Shown here in pieces: positions 8,468-17,662 of a DNA stretch of 62,169 nucleotides. Made by a program: the position numbers and the translations under genes. This DNA is from Alphaproteobacteria bacterium (GTDB taxonomy: Bacteria > Pseudomonadota > Alphaproteobacteria > Rhodobacterales > Rhodobacteraceae): the NCBI GenBank assembly GCA_030431935.1, contig JAUIIC010000001.1:1-62169 (forward strand), read 5' to 3'. The notes under the pieces were generated by a model that searched no databases, had not been told where the DNA came from, and was given only the letters and a program-made list of their open reading frames with translations. How positions within the stretch are numbered: position 1 is the stretch's first letter; every line of letters starts with the position of its first letter.

Positions 8468-9423
8468 AGATCCTCATCACCGGCGCCTCGGGATGCGTCG
8501 GGCGCTACCTTGTCGAGGCGCTGCTGGCCAACCCCGACCATCGCCTCGTCCTCGGCGTGCGCGAGGCCGCCAAGCTCGACGTGCTGTCCGACGCCGACCG
8601 CGCCCGCGTCGAGATCGTGGAATGCGACCTGACCGAACTCGCCGCGCGGCCAGAGGCGTTCGACGGCGTCGAGGCGGGCGTCCTTGTCGCCACCGCCTGG
8701 GGCGGGGGCGACACCTACGACATCACCGTGGGCGCCAACCTTGCCATCGCCGACGCGCTGATCGCCGCGGGTGCGCGCCATGTCCTCTACTTCGCCACCG
8801 CCAGCGTGCTCGACCAGCAGGGCGACCTGTTGCAGGCCGCGGACACCTTCGGCACCGACTATATCCGCGCCAAGTTCCAGCTTGTGCAGCAGATGGAAAC
8901 CCGCGCCGACCGGGCGCGCATCACCGGGCTTTATCCGACGCTGGTGATGGGCGGGCGCACCGCCGCGCCCGCGATCCGCATGTCGCATTTCGCCAACCTG
9001 ATGCACGAGATCCGCCCCTACGCCTGGGCGCTGCGCTTCATCAGCGCCAATGGCCTGTTCAACATCGTCCATGCCGCCGACATCGCGACCGTCACCCGCC
9101 ACCTGATCGAGACGGTGACGGACACGACCGGCAACGCGCGGCTTGTCCTCGGCAACCCCGCCGGCTCGGTGGACGAGATGATGGCCCAGTTCGCCCGCGC
9201 CAACGGCCGGCGCCAGCGCACGATCCTGCGCCTGCGCACGTCATGGGTGGACACGCTGACCCGGGTGCTGCCGATAAACCTGTCGCCCTGGGACCGCTTC
9301 TGCGTCGACCATCCCGACCAGTCGCACCCGGCCGCGGTGAACCCCGCCACCTACGGCCTGCCCGTGGTCATGCCCGACCTCGTCTCGGGCCTCGCCTCCA
9401 TCGGGATTTCCGGACGCGGCTGA
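8464..9423 (+). CDS. NAD(P)-dependent epimerase/dehydratase-family protein (atypical SDR)
   Basis: The GTG start at 8464 overlaps the lpxD stop by 4 nt. ILITGASGCVGRYL is a GxxGxxG dinucleotide fold, and YIRAK is a YxxxK motif. Confidence 0.7.
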   Translation: MKILITGASGCVGRYLVEALLANPDHRLVLGVREAAKLDVLSDADRARVEIVECDLTELAARPEAFDGVEAGVLVATAWGGGDTYDITVGANLAIADALIAAGARHVLYFATASVLDQQGDLLQAADTFGTDYIRAKFQLVQQMETRADRARITGLYPTLVMGGRTAAPAIRMSHFANLMHEIRPYAWALRFISANGLFNIVHAADIATVTRHLIETVTDTTGNARLVLGNPAGSVDEMMAQFARANGRRQRTILRLRTSWVDTLTRVLPINLSPWDRFCVDHPDQSHPAAVNPATYGLPVVMPDLVSGLASIGISGRG

Positions 9424-9493
9424 CGGATTTTGCGTGCCTGCCCTGTCGCCCGCCGTATGCTCGGGCAACGCAACGCCATGGAAAGCGCGCCCG

Positions 9494-10006
9494 ATGCCGC
9501 AAATCGACATTCACCTCGCCGAAACAGACGACGACCACGCCGCGATCCGCGCCTTGTGCCACGACTGGGTCGACTGGCAGCTGCGCACCTTCCCGGACAA
9601 GCACGACAAGATCCTGACCGTGTTCGAGCCGGTACAATACGCCGCCACCCTTGCCGCCCTGCCGCAGATCCACGCCCGGCCCAAGGGCGCCATCCTGCTG
9701 GCCCGGCTGGACGGGGCGCCGGTGGGCTGCGTGATGTATCACGACTGGGAGCCCGGCGTGGCCGAGGTCAAGCGCCTTTTCGTGGCCGAGGCGGGGCGCG
9801 GCCACGGCCTTGGCCGCGCCCTTCTGACAGCGATGCTGGAGGCGATGAAATCCGACGGCTACGCCATCGCACGCTTCAGTTCCGCGCGCTTCCTCACCCA
9901 TGCCCGCGCGCTTTACGAGGCGATGGGATTTCAGGACATCCCGCAGCCGCCCGACTTCCCCGATGCGCTGCGGGACACCGTCTATTTCATGGAACGTCCG
10001 ATCTGA
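9494..10006 (+). CDS. GNAT-family N-acetyltransferase
   Basis: ORF 9434..10006, trimmed to the ATG at 9494. It carries the acetyl-CoA motif A (RLFVAEAGRGHGLGRALL) and a C-terminal YEAMGF segment typical of GNAT folds. Confidence 0.75.
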   Translation: MPQIDIHLAETDDDHAAIRALCHDWVDWQLRTFPDKHDKILTVFEPVQYAATLAALPQIHARPKGAILLARLDGAPVGCVMYHDWEPGVAEVKRLFVAEAGRGHGLGRALLTAMLEAMKSDGYAIARFSSARFLTHARALYEAMGFQDIPQPPDFPDALRDTVYFMERPI

Positions 10007-10180
10007 TCCGGCCCGTTGTCCGGGCGGATGTCGGCCGACGCGCGGCCCGTTAACCCCGGACTCCGCCGTCACCGGCGCCGACGCGATGCCGACGTTTTGC
10101 CGACGTGATGCCGCACCGCGAAAACCCCGGTTTTCCGGTGGGTTAACCCCGATTCGCCGCGCGGGGCGCCGACACGCGGG

Positions 10181-11077
10181 TCACGCCCCGTTTTCCGGCA
10201 CCTCGCGCCCGCGTCCGCCCTCGATCTCGGCATGGGCCAGAAGCAGCACCGCCATCAGCCCGCCGGGTTCCGGCCCGCCCGCCAGCACCTCCAGCATCCG
10301 CCGGTCGAGCCGCAGCACGGGGTCGAGCAGCCGGTCCAGCGCCCGGTATCCTGCCCAGCGCTTTGTCTGCAAGGCCACCGACAGGGTCGGGTGCTTGGCA
10401 TGGAACCGCGCCCCGTTGCGGCCCCGCGCCAGTTCCCGCCGCAGCCGCGCGGCAAGGCTCCGGTTCGCGGCGGGCGGCTTCCAGTGATAGATCGGCGCGG
10501 CCCTCTCGAACCGGGTTTGCAGGGGCCGCCGCATCAGGCGCGCGCAGAACTCGGGGTCTTCCCAGCCATATTCGCGAAAGCCCTCGTCGAACCCGCCCAC
10601 GGCGGTCACATGCGCCCGCGCGACAGAGGCGTTTCCGGTCGGCAAGGGATTGAAATGACGGTCGAAAATCCCCGCAGGCGGCGGGTTCTCCATGTCCTCG
10701 GGCGGGGCCGTGACATCGAGGATCGGCCCCGTCACCAGCCGGTCGTCATGGCCCGCATGATGCGCCAGGTGGCGCGCCAGGAAATCCGGCTTGATAAGCG
10801 AATCGTCGTCGACAAAGACCAGGATGCGCCCCTTGGCCATCCCGATCGCCCGGTTGCGCGCCGTCGACGGCCCGGCGTTTTCCGGCAGCGCGACATAGTG
10901 AAGGTTTGGCGCGGCCAGCCGCGCCATCACGGCGTCGGTCTCGGGGTCGGGGCCGTCGCTGACCACGATCACCTCGAAGGCCGCGTCGGTCCGTTGCCCC
11001 AGGAACAGCGGCACCGCCACCTCCAGCACCGCCGCGCGGCGGTAGGTCGGGACGATGAAACTCGCCTCGGGCGTCAT
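10181..11077 (-). CDS. Family-2 glycosyltransferase (possible polyprenyl-phosphate sugar transferase, ArnC/DPM1-like)
   Basis: 298 aa. SFIVPTYRR...EVIVVSDGPDP...LPENAGPSTARNRAI...ILVFVDDDS is the classical GT2 N-terminal half with a DxD motif. It starts 19 nt downstream of the aminotransferase gene. Confidence 0.75.
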   Translation of the reverse strand: MTPEASFIVPTYRRAAVLEVAVPLFLGQRTDAAFEVIVVSDGPDPETDAVMARLAAPNLHYVALPENAGPSTARNRAIGMAKGRILVFVDDDSLIKPDFLARHLAHHAGHDDRLVTGPILDVTAPPEDMENPPPAGIFDRHFNPLPTGNASVARAHVTAVGGFDEGFREYGWEDPEFCARLMRRPLQTRFERAAPIYHWKPPAANRSLAARLRRELARGRNGARFHAKHPTLSVALQTKRWAGYRALDRLLDPVLRLDRRMLEVLAGGPEPGGLMAVLLLAHAEIEGGRGREVPENGA

Positions 11078-11096
11078 GGCGCCGCCCCCCGCGCGC

Positions 11097-12197
11097 CTAG
11101 CCGGAAAAGCCCTGCACGGCGTCGATCACCTGCGCGACCTCGTCATCGGTCATGTAGGGATGCGACGGCAGGCACAGCAGGGTGTCGGCATAGACCTCGG
11201 TGTTGGGTAGCCCGCCCGGCGCCGTCCGCGCCCCGGCAAAGGCCGGCTGCCGGTGGATCGGCTCCTTGTAATAGGCCACGGAAGGCACGTCGCGGGCGGC
11301 CAGGTGCTCTGCCAGGGCGTCCCGGGCCTCGCTGCGAACGACATAGTAGGCCCAGCAGGGATCGCTGCCCTCGGGCGGCGCGGGCAGGGTCACCTTGCCC
11401 GCCATTCCGGCGGCATAGCGCGCCGCGATGGATCGGCGGCGCACCAGCTCGTCATCGAAAATCGCCAGCTTTCGCAACAGGATAGCGGCCTGCATCGAGT
11501 CGAGCCGGGAGTTCGTGCCGACCATCGTGTGCCGCCCCTCGGACACCCCGTGGTTGGCGATGATCCGCGCCCGCTCGGCGATGCCGGGGTCGGCGGTGAA
11601 CATCGCGCCGCCGTCGCCATAGCCGCCCAGCGACTTCGAGGGATAAAAGCTCGTGCCCGCCGCATCGGCGAAGCTGCCGGCGCGCTTGCCGTCCAGCGTG
11701 GTACCAAAGCTCTGCGCCGCGTCGATCAGGAAGGGCAGGCCATGCTGCGCGCAGACCGCCCCCAGCGCCGCGTAATCGGCCGGCAGGCTGAAGAGGTCCA
11801 CCGCCATGACCGCGCCCGGCTTGCCGCCCGCCGCCTTCACCATGGCGATGGCTTCGGCCAGGCTGCCCGCGTCCATGTTCGCGGTGGCAAGGTCGACGTC
11901 CACGAAGACCGGTTCTGCCCCGATCAGCGCCACCGCCTCGGCGGTCGCCACGTAGGTCAGCGAGGGCACGAACACCACGTCCCCCGGCCCCACGCCCACC
12001 GCGCGCAGAAGGATCTGCAATGCGTCGGTGCCGTTGGCGCAGGCCACCGTATGTGCCACGCCCGCATAGGCCGAAAGCGCCGCCTCCAGTTCCTGAACCT
12101 CGGGCCCGTTCACGAAACGCCCGTGGTCGAGAACGGCTGTCACTGCAGCCGTCAGCCCGGGTTCCAGCGCATCGCGCTGGCGCCCGATATCCAGCAT
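11097..12197 (-). CDS. DegT/DnrJ/EryC1/StrS-family PLP-dependent sugar-nucleotide aminotransferase (GnnB/ArnB/WbpE-like)
   Basis: ORF 11097..12209 starts with TTG. The ATG at 12197 gives MLDIGRQRDAL..., the usual DegT N-terminus. The motifs GPEVQELE, NGTDAL, the active-site-Lys region SFYPSKSLGGYGDGG and NSRLDSMQAAIL are all present. Confidence 0.85.
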   Translation of the reverse strand: MLDIGRQRDALEPGLTAAVTAVLDHGRFVNGPEVQELEAALSAYAGVAHTVACANGTDALQILLRAVGVGPGDVVFVPSLTYVATAEAVALIGAEPVFVDVDLATANMDAGSLAEAIAMVKAAGGKPGAVMAVDLFSLPADYAALGAVCAQHGLPFLIDAAQSFGTTLDGKRAGSFADAAGTSFYPSKSLGGYGDGGAMFTADPGIAERARIIANHGVSEGRHTMVGTNSRLDSMQAAILLRKLAIFDDELVRRRSIAARYAAGMAGKVTLPAPPEGSDPCWAYYVVRSEARDALAEHLAARDVPSVAYYKEPIHRQPAFAGARTAPGGLPNTEVYADTLLCLPSHPYMTDDEVAQVIDAVQGFSG

Positions 12198-12287
12198 CCT
12201 GATCGTCAAGACGAATGTCCCCGTATGTTTCCGCCGTCTTAGCGGCAGTCGCGGGACGGTTCCAGAGGGCGTGTGCCGGGAAGCGCG

Positions 12288-13313
12288 TTATTCGCCGGCC
12301 CGCGCCATGGCGGCGATGTTGGGCGACAGGCGGCTGCGCTGGGTGTCCACGTCGGCCAGCGCGCGCAGGACGTTCAGACCTTCTGCCACGCTGGCGCGCG
12401 GGGTCTGGCCCGTCGCGGCGCAGTGCAGGAAGTGCTCCAGCTCGGACGTCAGCGGAAGCGTCTGGGGAATGGGCACGTATTCCGGCTCGGCGCTTTCGAA
12501 CTTGATGTCGCCGCCATCGTTCCAGACCTTGTGATTGTAGATCGCCAGCTTGCGTTCCCACGGCTCCAGGTCGTCGAACACGGCCATGGCCTTGTCGCCG
12601 ATCACGGTGAACTTGCGCTCGCGGTTCGGGGCGAGGCGCGAGATGAAGGTGTGCGACCGCGCGCCCGAGGAGAAGACCATGTGCAGATGCGCAAAATCGG
12701 GGGCGTCGGTGATCATCGCCGCGCCTTCCAGGTGCGTCGAGACCGGCATTTCCCCGGTGATCGCGAACAGAAGCGACAGGTCGTGCGGGGCGATGTCCCA
12801 CAGCGCGTCGGTCTGGACAAAGAACTTCCCCAGCCCGATCCGGGTGGAATAGACGTAGCGGATGGTTCCAAGGACGCCATCCTTGACCATCGCCTCCAGC
12901 GCCTCGAAGGCGGGATGAAAGCGCAGGACGTGGCCGGTCATCGCCACGACGCCCTTGCGCCGGGCCGTCTCGACAATCGCGTTGGCGCCCGCCACTTCCA
13001 GCGCCATGGGCTTTTCCACAAGCAGGTGCTTGCCGGTTTCCATGACCGCGAGCGATACCTCCACATGGCGATCTGCGGGCAGAGCCAGCACGACGGCGTC
13101 GATCTCGTCGCTCTGGATCATCTCCTTTGGCGTCATGGCCTTGCAGCCGTTCGCCTCGGCGGTGGCACGCATCCGCTCCGGGTCGTTGTCGGCCACCGCA
13201 GCCAGTGCACCCAACGACTTGAGCGTGCGGACATGGTTCGAACCCCAGTCGCCGCAGCCGATCACGCCCGCCCGCAGGCGGTGCCGGTTTTCAAGTCGTA
13301 TCAGTTCGGCCAT
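12288..13313 (-). CDS. Gfo/Idh/MocA-family NAD-dependent oxidoreductase (GnnA/WbpB-like sugar-nucleotide oxidase candidate)
   Basis: 341 aa. The N-terminal Rossmann segment is GVIGCGDWGSNH and the EKP motif is LLVEKPMA. It is the first gene of the minus-strand oxidoreductase-aminotransferase-GT2 unit. Confidence 0.75.
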   Translation of the reverse strand: MAELIRLENRHRLRAGVIGCGDWGSNHVRTLKSLGALAAVADNDPERMRATAEANGCKAMTPKEMIQSDEIDAVVLALPADRHVEVSLAVMETGKHLLVEKPMALEVAGANAIVETARRKGVVAMTGHVLRFHPAFEALEAMVKDGVLGTIRYVYSTRIGLGKFFVQTDALWDIAPHDLSLLFAITGEMPVSTHLEGAAMITDAPDFAHLHMVFSSGARSHTFISRLAPNRERKFTVIGDKAMAVFDDLEPWERKLAIYNHKVWNDGGDIKFESAEPEYVPIPQTLPLTSELEHFLHCAATGQTPRASVAEGLNVLRALADVDTQRSRLSPNIAAMARAGE

Positions 13314-13580
13314 GAATGACTGCCTTCCGCACCCCAGGCGTTCGGCGGTTCGTCTAGACGACGACGCGCGTTGTGGAAAGCCTATAGGTGGGGATATGTC
13401 CTTGAAAGCGGATTCTCGCTAAATCTTGGGCAGGATGCAGGGCCGCAACACCAGTATTGCCGGACTTCCTGCGCCCCCGGGCCGGTCTTGGCGTCACCTT
13501 GCCGAGATCGCGGCTTCTCTGACGGCGGAAAACGCCCTAGGTGTAGGCGCCAACCCGTTTCAGACAGGCCGGGCGACCCG

Positions 13581-14717
13581 ATGTACCTGATCCAGCGCCG
13601 GATACTGGCGAAAATGCTGTCGCAGACGCTCTTCGTGTTCTGCTTCGTCGGCGTGATCGTGACCACCACGCAGGTGCTGAACCAGGTGTTCCGCCTGATC
13701 GACGCGTCGTCGAACCTGCTTGTCGCGCTGGAAATGTTCGCCTTTCTCATCCCCACGATCACGGTCACCGTCCTGCCGTTGGCCTTCCTGATCGCCTGCA
13801 TCAACGTGCATGACCGCATGGACGAGGACCGCGAGACGGTGATCCTGTCCGGCACCGGCGCGCACCCGGCCTTCATCCTGCTGCCGGCGGGCGTGCTGGC
13901 GGCGGCGCTGTCGGGACTGGTGCTGGCCATCAGCCTCTACGTCGAGCCCTGGGGCAACCGGATGGGCAGCGACATCAAGAACGCCCTGACCTTCGACGCT
14001 CTCAAGATCATCGCCGGCAACGGGGTGCTGCGCGAGGTGCAGCCGGGCCTTTTCATCCGCGGCGGCGGCTATGACGAGAGCGGCCAGATCGACGGGCTCT
14101 TCATCCTCGACCGGCGCGCGGCGGACGAGGAGGTCAGCTATGTCGCCGAGCGCGGCGCCTTCTTCGAGACCGAGGCCGGCGTGATCCTTCGGCTCTATGA
14201 CGGGTCGATCCAGATCCGGGACGCAGACGGGCAGACCGTGCACAAGGTGCGCTTCGGTCGCTACCAGGCCGAGCCGAGGACCCTGTTCGAGGAGCCGTCG
14301 GGCCAGTCATACCGCCCGCGCCAGACCACCACGGCAGAACTTGTCCGGATGGTCGCCGAGGAGGACAACCGGCAATACACCATCAGTTCGATGCGCAAGG
14401 AGTTGATCCGGCGCTGGACCGACTGGCTTTACCCGCTTGTCTATTTCGCCATCGTTGCCTTTCTCGTGCTGCGCACGCGGCCCTCGCGCGAGGGCGCGCG
14501 CTGGCGGCTGCCGGTGGCGGTCCTGACCGGCTTCGTCATAAAGGCGGGGGGGCTGGTTCTGCTGGGCAGCGCCGGCACCAGCGGGGCGGCGGCGACGGCC
14601 AGTTTCGCGATGCCCGCGGGTGTGGTGGCCGGGCTTCTCGCGCTGGCCTTCCTGCAGGCCACGCGCGGGCGCCGGCCCCGGGTCCGCAGCCCTGCCGGCG
14701 GGCCAGCGCCGGCATAG
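13581..14717 (+). CDS. lptF: LptF/LptG-family (YjgP/YjgQ) permease, first of a pair
   Basis: ORF 13371..14717, trimmed to the ATG at 13581 (MYLIQRRILAKML...). The topology is three TM helices, a large periplasmic beta-jellyroll-like insert and three further TM helices, as in LptF/G. Whether it is the housekeeping copy or a paralogue cannot be told from this window. Confidence 0.7.
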   Translation: MYLIQRRILAKMLSQTLFVFCFVGVIVTTTQVLNQVFRLIDASSNLLVALEMFAFLIPTITVTVLPLAFLIACINVHDRMDEDRETVILSGTGAHPAFILLPAGVLAAALSGLVLAISLYVEPWGNRMGSDIKNALTFDALKIIAGNGVLREVQPGLFIRGGGYDESGQIDGLFILDRRAADEEVSYVAERGAFFETEAGVILRLYDGSIQIRDADGQTVHKVRFGRYQAEPRTLFEEPSGQSYRPRQTTTAELVRMVAEEDNRQYTISSMRKELIRRWTDWLYPLVYFAIVAFLVLRTRPSREGARWRLPVAVLTGFVIKAGGLVLLGSAGTSGAAATASFAMPAGVVAGLLALAFLQATRGRRPRVRSPAGGPAPA

Positions 14718-14805
14718 GCGCGCCAGGGCGGGCAGAGTTGCCATTGCGGCCCGCCACCGTTAAGCGAAACCGGGGGGCACTTGCGGCCGCCGGACAGGTC
14801 TGGAC

Positions 14806-15972
14806 ATGGGCTATCGCACGATCTTCTGGTATTTTTTCCGGCAGCATATGGCGCTGACCGGGCTGGTGCTGGCGTGCCTGTTCTTGATCGTGTTCCTCGG
14901 CCAGTTCGCCGAATTGTCACGTCACCAGTCCGAGGCCGCGGGCTGGACGGCGATCGAGACCATGACGCTGTCGCTCTACCGCTCGCCGGTGCTGATGCAG
15001 GCGATCCTGCCGCATGTGATGCTGATCGCGTCGGCGCTGGCGGTGGCGCGGGCCAGCCGCCGGCTGGAGGTGACGATCCTGTTGCAGAACGGGCTTTCGC
15101 ATCTGAGAATCCTTCTGCCGGTCGCGTTGTCGGGCGCGGTGTTCGGGCTTGGGTACACGCTGGTGGCAAGCCCGCTGTCCAGCTACGCCTACAACGCCTC
15201 GGAACGCGCGCTGACCGAGCTTCTGGCGACGGCGCCCGATCCGGACCAGCGCAACCCGCGCGAGATGATGCTGCGCGACGAGACGGGCGCGAACTACCTG
15301 CTGATCGAACATGTGGCCGAGGATGCCCGCACCCTCTACGGCGTTCTGGTCTACCGGGTCGATCCGCGCCACAGCCTGCGCCAGAGCATCGAGGCCGAGC
15401 GCGCGGTCGCCACCGATACGGGCTGGCGGCTGGAGGGCGCGCGCGAACTGTTCCGCGCCCCCGACCTGGCCGACGAGGAATCTGTTCGCGCGACGCTGGT
15501 GTTCTCGCAGCGGGCGCTGGCGCAAAGATACGAGCGTGAAGAGGTCGCCTCGTTCTTCGCGCTGCCCGAAAAGATCGCGCTGGGGCAGATCGTGGGCGCG
15601 CCGGTGCACGAGTTGCAGGTGCAGTACTACTGGCTGGCCGCGCTCCCGGTGTTGCTGGGCGGGATCGCGCTGATGGCCGGGGCGATGGTGATGCGGCCCA
15701 TGCAGAGGGGCGGCTGGAAGGGCGATGCGGCGCTGATCCTCGGCGCGGCGTTCACGATCTACACGGTGTCGACGGTCCTCGACGCCCTGGGCACGCGCGG
15801 CGTGGTCGATCCGCTGGTGTCCACGGGGACGATCCCGGTGCTGTGCATCCTGGCCGGGCTGGGCGCGGTCTGGATAAAGCGCGGTGGGCCGTGGCGGATG
15901 CGGCAGGCAATGAACGCGCGCACCGCGCCGGCCGTGGCGCCGTCAGACGATCCCGCTGGTGCGGCGGGCTAG
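14806..15972 (+). CDS. lptG: LptF/LptG-family (YjgP/YjgQ) permease, second of a pair
   Basis: 388 aa with the same 3TM-insert-3TM layout (MGYRTIFWYFFRQHMALTG...). It is adjacent to and co-directional with the first copy. Confidence 0.7.
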   Translation: MGYRTIFWYFFRQHMALTGLVLACLFLIVFLGQFAELSRHQSEAAGWTAIETMTLSLYRSPVLMQAILPHVMLIASALAVARASRRLEVTILLQNGLSHLRILLPVALSGAVFGLGYTLVASPLSSYAYNASERALTELLATAPDPDQRNPREMMLRDETGANYLLIEHVAEDARTLYGVLVYRVDPRHSLRQSIEAERAVATDTGWRLEGARELFRAPDLADEESVRATLVFSQRALAQRYEREEVASFFALPEKIALGQIVGAPVHELQVQYYWLAALPVLLGGIALMAGAMVMRPMQRGGWKGDAALILGAAFTIYTVSTVLDALGTRGVVDPLVSTGTIPVLCILAGLGAVWIKRGGPWRMRQAMNARTAPAVAPSDDPAGAAG

Positions 15973-17644
15973 GGCGGTGCCCGGGCAGGCACCAACGGCC
16001 GACGCGGCCTCGGCCCTGTCGCGCGGCTGGCAGGCGGCGGTGGCACGCCCCGTTCTTGCAATCCTGACGCTGGTGATCCTGCAGCACGGGCTGACCATCG
16101 GCCTGAAGGACCTGTGGTTTTCCGACGAGGTCCGCCACGGCGACGTTCTGCGCAACCTGCTCGAGGGCGGAGACTGGCTGGCGTTGAAGCTGAACGGTGC
16201 CTTCTATCCCGACAAGCCGCCGCTCTATTTCTGGTATCTTGGCGCGCTGGCGCTGGTTTTCGGCTCGACCGCGCCCTGGGTGCTGTATGTCGGGCTGGCG
16301 GGCACGGTCCTGATGCTGCTGCTGGCCACGCATCACATGGCGCGGCGGATCACCGGCGACGATGAACTGGCGCTGATCGCCGTGCTGATCCTGGCCAGCG
16401 GCTTCTACTGGCTGGGCCTGACCCATTACGCGCGCATGGACATGATGTTCGCCGCCGCCATCGCGCTGGCCTGGACACAGGTCTGGCGGGCGCTGGACGG
16501 GCCGGTGAACCGGCGCGCGATGCTCTGGGCCTTCGGCTGGATGGCGGTGGCCGCGATGATAAAGGGGCCGGTCGGGCCGATGCTGCCGCTTCTGTCGCTG
16601 GCGGGCTGGGCGCTTTGGCAGCGCCGGGCGGCCGATCTGCTGGACCGCTCGGTGCTTGGAGGCGTGCTCTTGCTGGCGGGGGTGATCGGTGTCTGGGCGG
16701 GCGGCGTCGTCCTGGTGGCGGGGCCCGAGTTCTTCGCCCATCTCTTCCAGTCGCAGATCGTCGACAGAGGGCTGAACCGGGGCGGCGGCGGGCTTTGGGG
16801 CTGGCTGCGCTATGGCCTGACACTGCCGCTGGTGTTCTTGCCTTGGACGTTGCTGTTCCTGGTGCCGCGCGGCGCCAGCCCCCTGCCGGAGCAGTGCGGC
16901 ACGGCGTTTCTCTGGCTGACGGCGGGGCTCGGGGCGCTGTCGCTGTCGCTGGTCTCCGAAAAGCACGAATACTACCTCGTGCCCCTTTTCGTGCCGCTCG
17001 CGATCCTTGCGGCGGGACGGTACCGGACGTTGGGCGCGGGCCGGCTGCGGCTGTTCTGGGGCCTGGCGGTCGCGGTGTCGGTGTCGTTGGGGGCGCTCTT
17101 TGTCGTTGCACCGCGCCTTCTGGATCTGCCTGGGGTCGATCTGGGCGACTATGGCCCGCTTCTCGGCACGCTCGCGCTGCCGGGGGTGGTGCTGGCGGCT
17201 GGCGCCATGGCGGTCTGGGTGCTGCGGCGGCACGCGCAGGCGGCCCTTCTGGGCTGGGCGGGCCTTGTCTCGGTCTTCGGCGTGGTGCTGGCGGTCTCGG
17301 TCCTGCCGCCGGTGAACGCGGTCCTGAGCCCGCGCGGCGTGGCCGACGCCATGTCCGCGCATGTCGCGGCGGGGCACGCGCCCGGGGCTTTCCTCGGGGG
17401 CGATGGCACGCTGGCCTATCACATGGGACGCCCCTATGCCGATCCCTGGTCGTCGGCGGGGTTCACCGCATGGCTCGACGCGACGCCGCGCGCGGTCGCG
17501 GTGCTTGGCGCCGACGACTGGGCCCAGCTGGCCAGCGGCTATCCTGGCGTGGGCATCGTCGAGTGCACGCGGCTGGCGGGCCGGGCGCTGGTGATCGTGG
17601 CGCGCCCCGCGCCAGAGGCAATCAGGGAGTGCGCCGCGCACTAG
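15959..17644 (+). CDS. ArnT/PMT-like GT-C family membrane glycosyltransferase (GT83/GT39-like)
   Basis: Multi-TM protein of 561 aa. The N-terminal periplasmic loop motif DEVRHGDV...YPDKPPLYFW, followed by many TM helices (MIKGPVGP), is typical of ArnT-type lipid-linked sugar transferases. There is no ATG near the 5' end, so the start is taken as the GTG at 15959. That start overlaps the lptG stop by 14 nt and is uncertain. Confidence 0.7.
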   Translation: MRRARAVPGQAPTADAASALSRGWQAAVARPVLAILTLVILQHGLTIGLKDLWFSDEVRHGDVLRNLLEGGDWLALKLNGAFYPDKPPLYFWYLGALALVFGSTAPWVLYVGLAGTVLMLLLATHHMARRITGDDELALIAVLILASGFYWLGLTHYARMDMMFAAAIALAWTQVWRALDGPVNRRAMLWAFGWMAVAAMIKGPVGPMLPLLSLAGWALWQRRAADLLDRSVLGGVLLLAGVIGVWAGGVVLVAGPEFFAHLFQSQIVDRGLNRGGGGLWGWLRYGLTLPLVFLPWTLLFLVPRGASPLPEQCGTAFLWLTAGLGALSLSLVSEKHEYYLVPLFVPLAILAAGRYRTLGAGRLRLFWGLAVAVSVSLGALFVVAPRLLDLPGVDLGDYGPLLGTLALPGVVLAAGAMAVWVLRRHAQAALLGWAGLVSVFGVVLAVSVLPPVNAVLSPRGVADAMSAHVAAGHAPGAFLGGDGTLAYHMGRPYADPWSSAGFTAWLDATPRAVAVLGADDWAQLASGYPGVGIVECTRLAGRALVIVARPAPEAIRECAAH

Positions 17645-17662
17645 GCGCGGTGGGCGTGGAAC

